Part shown: positions 1-6,027 of the stretch, one piece after another
Layout of the letters: each line of letters starts with the position of its first letter
Numbering within the stretch: the stretch's first letter is position 1
DNA from: Deltaproteobacteria bacterium
Lineage (GTDB): Bacteria > Myxococcota_A > UBA9160 > SMWR01
Assembly: GCA_032128115.1 (NCBI GenBank)
Contig: JAQBHB010000005.1
Span: 1 to 13,284 of the forward strand
Direction of reading: 5' to 3'
DNA: 13,284 bases
Notes under the pieces: generated by a model
What the model saw: the letters and a program-made list of their open reading frames with translations, nothing else
Told to the model about the DNA's origin: nothing
Database searches by the model: none
Made by a program: the position numbers and the translations under genes

Positions 1-77
1 AGGCCCACCATCAGCGCGATGGCAACCAGCGCCGGAAGGAGGTGCTTGAGTGACGCAATTCGCGTTTCCTGGAACAT
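1..77 (-). CDS. 5' end of a probable exported/membrane protein (runs off the window)
   Basis: Manual translation from ATG at 77: MFQETRIASLKHLLPALVAIALMVG..., a basic N-region plus hydrophobic stretch typical of a signal peptide. The frame is open to the window edge and is not in the ORF track. Confidence 0.55.
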   Translation of the reverse strand, partial: MFQETRIASLKHLLPALVAIALMVG

Positions 78-148
78 GGGCACTCAGGCCGAGCGGATCT
101 ACCCGCTCACGAAGTACCGGGCGCGGTCAGGCCCTGCCGCGGCGCGGG

Positions 149-547
149 TCATGAAGGGCTGCGGGAGCGAAGGAACGCTAGATACTTCAGCAGCTCTTCC
201 TCCTCCTCGGCGGTCAGGTCGTCGATGGCGAAGGCCGCCAATCTTCTGCGGCGCCCGCCGCTGGCCTTGGAGGGCAGCAGGTATCCCGCTCTCTCCATCA
301 ACGTCTCGTAAGGCACTGCATAAACGTCCGCCAGGCTGTGAAGCACGTTGGGCGAGGGCTTCTGGATCCTCCCGTTCTCGAGCTGGCTCAAGTAGGCGTT
401 GGAAACGGCCTTGCCGGAGGCCTCTTCCACCTCCCGGAGTGAAAGCCCCTTGGCCTTGCGCAGGTCGGCCAGGACGGCGCCGAGCTCGTTGGGTTGCCCC
501 AGGAACTCGGAGCGCTTGCGCTGGGGTCGTTTGGCGGCATTTCCCAT
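149..547 (-). CDS. XRE/Cro-C1 family HTH transcriptional regulator, 132 aa (CapH-like architecture)
   Basis: LADLRKAKGLSLREVEEASGKAVSNAYLSQLENGRIQKPSPNVLHSLADVY is a typical HTH_3 domain. It is followed by a basic linker and a short C-terminal helix (DLTAEEEEELLKYLAFLRSR). Start set at ATG 547 (GAGG just upstream); the longer ORF start at 634 lies in the promoter. Confidence 0.93.
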   Translation of the reverse strand: MGNAAKRPQRKRSEFLGQPNELGAVLADLRKAKGLSLREVEEASGKAVSNAYLSQLENGRIQKPSPNVLHSLADVYAVPYETLMERAGYLLPSKASGGRRRRLAAFAIDDLTAEEEEELLKYLAFLRSRSPS

Positions 548-567
548 GTGCCTCAGTCTCGCTCTAT

Positions 568-587
568 TTGCTTGGTATATCAAGCAA
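568..587. promoter_or_regulatory. Palindromic operator candidate TTGCTTG-gTATAt-CAAGCAA
   Basis: 20-bp palindrome with a single mismatched pair. It lies in the most AT-rich stretch of the window, 20 bp upstream of the XRE start codon. Confidence 0.7.
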
Positions 588-600
588 TTTGCATACTGTC

Positions 601-628
601 TTGACAGATTTAGCAGTTTAAGTAACCT
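601..628 (+). promoter_or_regulatory. Sigma70-type promoter for the GIY-YIG operon
   Basis: Perfect -35 TTGACA (601-606), 16-bp spacer, -10-like TAACCT (623-628). The -35 sits inside a second palindrome, CTGTC-TT-GACAG (596-607). Confidence 0.65.
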
Positions 629-737
629 TAGCAAGCGGGTAGAAGGTGCGTCCCCAGCAGGGGTCTACCCGGGCCCGATTCCCCGCCATCGACTTCTAGA
701 AGGAATACGCGGCCGCGGCTGCCCGGGAGGTGCATCC

Positions 738-1322
738 ATGGAACGAAGCGAGAGCCGAGACTTCGCCGACCGACTGTCTGCAACCGTGGGAGACGCATCA
801 CCGCTCGTGGGCTGCTTCTGGTGCGAGCGACTTCATCCGGGGGAGCACCCGCTCTCCGTTTGTCGCCTCTGCGCGGCAAGGCTTTTGACCATGCGATCGC
901 TGGAAATGAGCGGGTCGTTTCCGCTCAGCGATGAGGCGATCGACAGGGCTCTGACGCGGACGTCGCCGGGCAACTATGCCCTCGGGTACATGGACGGCGA
1001 CACCTTCAGTGTCTTCTACGTGGGGCGCTCGGATTCCGACGTGAGACAGCGCCTGCACAGGTGGGTGGGCGTGCCGAGCCAGTACGAGAATCGTAATTCC
1101 TACGCACATGCGCCGTGGGAAGTGCATCACCGGGGACAGCTTCCCGTAGACGTACCGGCACTCGGTCGTGTCGGGAACTCCGAAAGCAGCTACACGCGCT
1201 TCGCCTACAGCTATGCGCGTTCCGCCGAGGAAGCCTACGCGCAGGAATGGCGCAACTACGATGCCTTCGGTGGCAGGCAGGGACTCGACAACCAGACCCA
1301 GCCCGACTCGCTGGCAGCCTAG
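738..1322 (+). CDS. GIY-YIG nuclease-domain protein with N-terminal CxxC..CxxC Zn-finger, 194 aa
   Basis: SD GGGAGGT (725-731) precedes ATG 738. Motifs GNY(78-80), YVG(94-96), R105, E170 and N185 match the order of GIY-YIG catalytic elements. C26/C29/C42/C45 form a putative Zn site. Confidence 0.8.
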   Translation: MERSESRDFADRLSATVGDASPLVGCFWCERLHPGEHPLSVCRLCAARLLTMRSLEMSGSFPLSDEAIDRALTRTSPGNYALGYMDGDTFSVFYVGRSDSDVRQRLHRWVGVPSQYENRNSYAHAPWEVHHRGQLPVDVPALGRVGNSESSYTRFAYSYARSAEEAYAQEWRNYDAFGGRQGLDNQTQPDSLAA

Positions 1323-1352
1323 CGAACGACGCGATGGAGGTACGAAACCGAC

Positions 1353-1502
1353 ATGTGGAAAGGCCTGCGCCAGGCGCTGCAGCGCCTGTGGAAACAGTCG
1401 CAGAAAAGTCCCAGCGAGCGCCTGACCGAGAAGGCCCGCGCCCGCTTCTGGTCCGAACTGCGCGAGGGCGAGCGCGAGGCGGAAGACCGTTCACGCCCCT
1501 GA
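1353..1502 (+). CDS. Small hypothetical protein, 49 aa (MWKGLRQALQRLWKQSQKSPSERLTEKARARFWSELREGEREAEDRSRP)
   Basis: SD GGAGGT (1336-1341), mostly G/C third positions, starts 30 bp after the GIY-YIG stop, amphipathic N-terminal helix. Below the ORF-track length cutoff. Confidence 0.7.
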   Translation: MWKGLRQALQRLWKQSQKSPSERLTEKARARFWSELREGEREAEDRSRP

Positions 1503-1574
1503 ACCGCCGACTCCCTGGGGACCGCGTCGGATTTCGAGACCGCGACGATTGAAGAGAAACGGAGAGCCCCAGCC

Positions 1575-1643
1575 ATGAGCTTCAAGTCGCTACGGCGAAC
1601 CGGATCCTGTCGACTTCTGATCGCCTTGCTCGCCCTGACATGA
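1575..1643 (+). CDS. Putative 22-aa peptide (MSFKSLRRTGSCRLLIALLALT) or remnant of a signal-peptide-bearing gene
   Basis: SD-like GGAGAG (1561-1566); basic N-half and hydrophobic C-half. Its TGA overlaps the SD of the next gene (TGAGGAGG). Confidence 0.35.
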   Translation: MSFKSLRRTGSCRLLIALLALT

Positions 1644-1659
1644 GGAGGCGGCGCCCCGA

Positions 1660-1890
1660 ATGCACATGAAGCGAATCCATGTCGGCTCGCGAATTCGAAT
1701 CGCTGACGGGACGGTTCTGACTGCAGCACTCCGCTGGCCGGCCGAACGCCGGCCGGAACCGTGCCAGATGCTCTGGGCGGGCCGGAACGCCAGCGTAACG
1801 GGCTATAAGCGCGGGAGCGAGAACCGTTCGTTGTATGCGCTGAAAGGCGCGCCGGGCCTCTGGGCCGAGGAGTGGATCGATCCCGTCTGA
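1660..1890 (+). CDS. Hypothetical protein, 76 aa, possible SH3/KOW-like beta-barrel
   Basis: SD AGGAGG (1643-1648). The pattern VGSRIRI..AGRNASVTG..LYALKGAPGLWAEEWIDP fits the strand pattern of small SH3-like barrels. Alternative start ATG 1666. Confidence 0.65.
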   Translation: MHMKRIHVGSRIRIADGTVLTAALRWPAERRPEPCQMLWAGRNASVTGYKRGSENRSLYALKGAPGLWAEEWIDPV

Positions 1891-1892
1891 CG

Positions 1893-1910
1893 CGCCTGCG
1901 ATTCGCAGCG
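1893..1910. terminator. Possible hairpin between convergent genes
   Basis: CG(C)CTGCG-ATT-CGCAGCG immediately after the 1890 stop. No U-tract. Confidence 0.3.
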
Positions 1911-1938
1911 TGAGAGCCTTCGATCCGTACGGGTCAAA

Positions 1939-3765
1939 TCAGCGATCGCGTGGTTCGGAGGCAGCCGTCAGCTGCGGGTCGCCCGTCGCACCGATTCCCC
2001 TCGGGTCCAGCCGCAACACCCGCGGCACCCCATCCTCGATCTGCCAGGCGGGGCCGTTCGAGTTCGAGGTCCAGATGCGGCCCTCGGCGTCGAAGTCGAT
2101 CTCGCGGGTGTAGGTGACGCGCGTGGGCAGGGGGTAGATGCGCCAGCGCTCGCTTGCGGGCTCGAAGCTGATGAGGGTGTCGCTGGCGGTGCCGCAGATC
2201 CAGATGGTGTCGGTGTTGCGGTCGACGTGCAGGGCATACGGGGTTTCGGTGCCGCGGGGTTCGGTGGGAAGCTCCCATTCCACGAACTCACGGGTTGCGG
2301 GGTCGAAGCGGGCGATGCTGCTGCCCGAGAAGGACGGGATCCAGAGCATTCCCTTCGAGTCGAAGCGCAGCCTGCGCGGGGCCGGGAAGGGCGTGTCGAT
2401 CACTTCGATCTCGCCCGTGTCGGGATCCATACGGCCGATGCGGTGTTCGTTCAGCTGGCTGAACCACACGATGCCGTCGGGCGCCACGTCGATCCCGTAC
2501 GGGATGGGCACCACGACAGGGTCGCCTTCGGCGACCTGGCCGCGCAGGTCGAAGCGGGCGCTGGCCCACAGCAGGGCGGGCATGGCCCACAGGATCGCGG
2601 CCTGCTTCCAGGTGCGGGCCGGAAGCCGGTGCTGGTGGTGTGCGCCGGTGGCCGGGTCGTACATGCCCAGGTGGTTCGAGGCGGAGATCGTGTACCAGAT
2701 GCGACCCTTCTGGTCGAAGCGCAACGTGTGGGGATAGAAGCCACTGTCGAGTTCGACGATCTCGAAGCTTTCGGTCGTGGGATCGAAGCGCGCCAGCTGG
2801 TTGCCGATGGCGAGCGTGATCCAGACGTCGCCGTTCGGGGCCGTTTGCAGCGAGTGCGGGCCCACGCGTGCGTCCGAGCTCGGGGGCTCGTTCTGGCTGG
2901 CGAACACACCGCCGAGCGGAAGATCGCCGGTGGGGATGTCCCAGCTCTCGCGCACTCCCGTCCGGGGATCGAGGCGGTGGAGCCGGTCGAAGGGCATGTC
3001 GACGCCATAGACGTGGCCGCTCGGGTGCACCATCACGTCGTGCTGTACGGAGCCGGGGCCGCCGAGATCCCATTCTTCGACGATGGCGCGGCGCACCTCG
3101 GGCTGGGGCACGGGGCCGTAGTCGGGATCGGATAGACCCGCGGTGAGTTCGGGTACGGCCAATGCGGGGTCGTAGGCTTCGATGAAGATCTCCGGGAGCT
3201 TCCCGCGCAGGTCGGCCGAGATCATGCCGCCGCGCCGGCCCATCAGCAGCAGAAGCTTGTGCCACGCTTCGCGGTCGCGCATGACGCGGGTGTACTGGCT
3301 GCCCTGCTGGTGGCAATAGCCGCACTGGCGCACGAACTCTTCGCGCTCGGCCGGCACGTCGAGCCGATCGAGAACGCGCTGCACCCAGTAGTTCGCGGGC
3401 AGCTGAGCGGCGAGGGCGGCGGGGTCGCTCTCGCGCTCGAGGGTGAGATTGCCCGGGCCGGGCGCCTCGACGCTGCGAGCGAGATCCTTCCAGCCGATGC
3501 GTCGCACGCGCAGGCTGTAGGGTCCCGCAAAGGGGATCTCGGGAGTGCGGTAGCTGCCGTCTTCGCCGCTGTATACGGTGATCCTGTGCATGGGCAGCGG
3601 CGATCCCACGCTCACCAGCGCGCCGGGGATGGGTGAGCCATTTGCATCCTGGATGCGGCCCGAGAAGACTGGCGAGGGGCCCGCCGCCTGCACCGCGGAT
3701 GATCCGGGGTGCGCCGCAGTGATACAAAGGGCTAGCGCCAGGGCCACGAGGAACGAGCGAAGCAT
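1939..3765 (-). CDS. Secreted protein, 608 aa: carboxypeptidase-regulatory-like Ig domain + mono-heme cytochrome c domain + Vgb (streptogramin lyase)-like beta-propeller
   Basis: Signal peptide MLRSFLVALALALCITAA; SGRIQDANGSPIPGALVSV...DGSY...GPYSLRVRRIGW (CarboxypepD_reg-like); CGYCH at 3310-3324; repeated blades such as PHSLQTAPNGDVW, PHTLRFDQKGRIW, PYGIDVAPDGIVW and PRRLRFDSKGMLW. SD GGGAG before ATG 3765. Confidence 0.85.
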   Translation of the reverse strand: MLRSFLVALALALCITAAHPGSSAVQAAGPSPVFSGRIQDANGSPIPGALVSVGSPLPMHRITVYSGEDGSYRTPEIPFAGPYSLRVRRIGWKDLARSVEAPGPGNLTLERESDPAALAAQLPANYWVQRVLDRLDVPAEREEFVRQCGYCHQQGSQYTRVMRDREAWHKLLLLMGRRGGMISADLRGKLPEIFIEAYDPALAVPELTAGLSDPDYGPVPQPEVRRAIVEEWDLGGPGSVQHDVMVHPSGHVYGVDMPFDRLHRLDPRTGVRESWDIPTGDLPLGGVFASQNEPPSSDARVGPHSLQTAPNGDVWITLAIGNQLARFDPTTESFEIVELDSGFYPHTLRFDQKGRIWYTISASNHLGMYDPATGAHHQHRLPARTWKQAAILWAMPALLWASARFDLRGQVAEGDPVVVPIPYGIDVAPDGIVWFSQLNEHRIGRMDPDTGEIEVIDTPFPAPRRLRFDSKGMLWIPSFSGSSIARFDPATREFVEWELPTEPRGTETPYALHVDRNTDTIWICGTASDTLISFEPASERWRIYPLPTRVTYTREIDFDAEGRIWTSNSNGPAWQIEDGVPRVLRLDPRGIGATGDPQLTAASEPRDR

Positions 3766-4270
3766 GACGGGCTCCCATCCTACATGGAACCGCGGCACCC
3801 CGCTGAGGGTGTGCCTGATGGGAGCGCTCGCTGGCCTCGCCTGCTGGGGCGAACCGACCCCGCTCCCCGTCCCCGAGGCCTTGGCGGGTCACCCGCTAGC
3901 GGCCCACGAGGTGCGGGTGCAGCTCTTCTTCGGCCCCGAGGCCGACCTCGACCTGTTCGTGACCGACCCCATGTACGAAGAGGTCTATTTCGCGAACTCG
4001 CCGAGTCGCCTGGGCGGCGTCTTCGAGGCCGATCGCCGCTGCCAGGATCCCGCACCGCGCGTCGAGACGGTTCGCTTCTCCCCCGCCCCGGCGGGGCTCT
4101 ACCGGGTGAGCGTCGACTACCCCGTTCGCTGTGTCTCTCCCGGGATGGCGTCGGTCCCCTTCCGGGTCGTCGTCGAAGCCAACGGCACCCGCCAGCAGAT
4201 CGAGGGCACCGCGCAATTCGGAGCCCTGGAGCCGGTGGTGGTGGAGTTCGAAGCGAAGCCGGGAGGCTGA
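3764..4270 (+). CDS. Putative lipoprotein with YfaP/DUF2135-like domain (start uncertain: 3764, 3809 or 3818)
   Basis: VRVQLFFGPEADLDLFVTDP..EVYF..GG..D..VETVRF..APAGLYRVSVDY matches the DLDLxVxDP signature. Lipobox-like LAGLAC. Confidence 0.7.
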   Translation: MTGSHPTWNRGTPLRVCLMGALAGLACWGEPTPLPVPEALAGHPLAAHEVRVQLFFGPEADLDLFVTDPMYEEVYFANSPSRLGGVFEADRRCQDPAPRVETVRFSPAPAGLYRVSVDYPVRCVSPGMASVPFRVVVEANGTRQQIEGTAQFGALEPVVVEFEAKPGG

Positions 4271-4466
4271 CCACCGAACATCGGTGGAACGCCGACGAGG
4301 GCCGCGAGAAAGCATTGGGTCTCTCCCCGCTTCAGTCGCAGGAGGCGCACGTGCTGGCGATGATCTCGAGCGAGAAGTCGCGCGGATCGCGGCGATCGGC
4401 GGCGCGTGCGATCCGTCAATCAGCCGGGGTCAGAAGGAGTAGAATGGGTCCCTGTGAGGAAACGGC

Positions 4467-5999
4467 ATGGACCACACCCGACCCGACGGATACGTCTTCG
4501 ACGAATACCTGGCGGCGCTTGGCGACAACTGGTTCGACGAGGACGCCCTGCTGCAGCGCTGGCTTGCGCGCTCGGGGCTCGATGACGCCACGCTCGAGTG
4601 GCTGCGCGGCTTCGGGCGCAATGTTGCCACGCGCTATCGCGACTTCGCCGATCGGGTGGAGCAGCGCGAGAAGCTCCCGACCCTCGCGCAGCGGGGGCCC
4701 TACAACCGCGCTGCGGCCGAGGTGGTGCTGCCCGCCGAGACGCGGCAGATGCTGGCGGAGGTGCACGGCTCGGGGCTGTGGAGGAATTCTCTCGACGAGC
4801 GGGCCCGCTACGCGCTGATCTATCTGATCAACCAGAACGGCGAGGCGGGCATCACGTGCAGTGCCGCCTGTACCGACGGGATGGCGCGAGCGCTGCGCGC
4901 GCTGGGGGATGACTCGCGCAGCCGGGAGGTGGTGTCGCAGCTCGAAAACGCGACCCCCGAGCGCTGGATCCACGGCGCCCAGTTCGTGACCGAGATCCAG
5001 GGCGGCAGCGATGCGGCCACCAACGCGCTGCGCGCGGAGCCGGCCCCGGGCGACACGGGTGGCTGGGCGCTCAGCGGCCAGAAATGGTTCTGCTCGAACC
5101 TCACCGCCGATTACTGGCTCGTGACGGCGCGGGTAGCGGGCGGAACTCCCGGCCACCGGGGCATCGGACTCTTCTGCGTGCCGCGCCTTCACGAGGGCGC
5201 TCCCAACGGCCACCGTATCCTGCGCTTGAAAGACAAACTGGGTACGCGTGCGGTGCCCACCGCTGAGCTCGAGTTCGAGCGCGCGCTGGGCTGGCCGGTG
5301 GGGCCGCTCGACGCGGGGCTCAAGAACACGGTGGCCATCGTGCTCACCGTGAGCCGCATCCACAACGTGATGGCCGCAGCGGGTGTGGCGAGGCGGGCCT
5401 CACGCGAGGCGCATGCCTACGCGGGCTTCCGGCGCGCCTTTGGTCGCAAGCTCTCCGAGCACACGCTGCTGGCGGCGTCTCTGCGCGGGATCTCCGAAAC
5501 GGCCGACCGCGCCGAGGCGGGAGCCTTCGCCACACTCGACGCCTGGCTCGCTGCCCTCGCGCACCCGGACGACCACGATCGCACGCTCTGGGCCCGGGTG
5601 ATCGTGAGCCTCTCGAAGGCGGTGATCACGCGGCGCAGCCCCGGGCACGTGTATGAGGCGATGATGGTGCTGGGCGGCAACGGCATCGAGGAGCGTTTCT
5701 GCGCGTTGCCGCGCCTGTGGCGCGACGCCGCCATTCTCGAGACCTGGGAAGGGCCCTACACCCTGCTCCTGATGCAGGCGCTGGGCGATCTGGTGAAGTT
5801 CGGGGTGAAGGGGCGCGAGCGCTCGTTTCTCGAGTTGGGCCTGGGCGAGCACCTGGCCGCGGACGACGCCCGCGAGCTGGCCGAGATCCTGACGGACCCG
5901 GAGCAGGACGAGAACGTGCTGCGCTGGGGCGCGCTGGTGCCGCGCCTCTACGCGGGCTTCGAAGACAAGGCGCTGGAGGCGCTGCGCAGCGGAATCTGA
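4467..5999 (+). CDS. Acyl-CoA dehydrogenase family protein, AidB-like subfamily, 510 aa
   Basis: QFVTEIQGGSD, LSGQKWFCS, RLKDKLGTRAVPTAELEF, EAMMVLGGNGIEE and RLWRDAAILETWEG are characteristic ACAD/AidB motifs. SD GAGGA. Confidence 0.92.
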   Translation: MDHTRPDGYVFDEYLAALGDNWFDEDALLQRWLARSGLDDATLEWLRGFGRNVATRYRDFADRVEQREKLPTLAQRGPYNRAAAEVVLPAETRQMLAEVHGSGLWRNSLDERARYALIYLINQNGEAGITCSAACTDGMARALRALGDDSRSREVVSQLENATPERWIHGAQFVTEIQGGSDAATNALRAEPAPGDTGGWALSGQKWFCSNLTADYWLVTARVAGGTPGHRGIGLFCVPRLHEGAPNGHRILRLKDKLGTRAVPTAELEFERALGWPVGPLDAGLKNTVAIVLTVSRIHNVMAAAGVARRASREAHAYAGFRRAFGRKLSEHTLLAASLRGISETADRAEAGAFATLDAWLAALAHPDDHDRTLWARVIVSLSKAVITRRSPGHVYEAMMVLGGNGIEERFCALPRLWRDAAILETWEGPYTLLLMQALGDLVKFGVKGRERSFLELGLGEHLAADDARELAEILTDPEQDENVLRWGALVPRLYAGFEDKALEALRSGI

Positions 6000-6027
6000 C
6001 TTCCCAGCATGGGGTCGCTCGGCCTAC

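Noticed and set aside
596..607. CTGT..ACAG as a LexA SOS box
   Set aside because: Spacing is N4, not the N8 of the gammaproteobacterial SOS box. Kept only as a generic palindrome.
399..737. N-terminal extension of the 399..1322 ORF, and the 548-634 extension of the XRE ORF
   Set aside because: They overlap the XRE gene and the promoter. Internal ATGs at 738 and 547 have SD sequences and fit domain boundaries.
1..1938. Islet as a prophage or IS element
   Set aside because: No integrase, transposase, tRNA or target-site duplication is visible in the window.
4341..4442. DDLEREVARIAAIGG resembling a VOC/glyoxalase motif, with GGAGG before GTG 4351
   Set aside because: Only ~15 aa of resemblance with no matching start. 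The GTG frame gives low-complexity sequence overlapping the ACAD gene. Too weak to call a gene or pseudogene.
4467..5999. Assigning gene symbol aidB or linking it to the nuclease as a DNA-damage gene
   Set aside because: Subfamily motifs only; orthology cannot be shown, and it is separated from the islet by unrelated genes.
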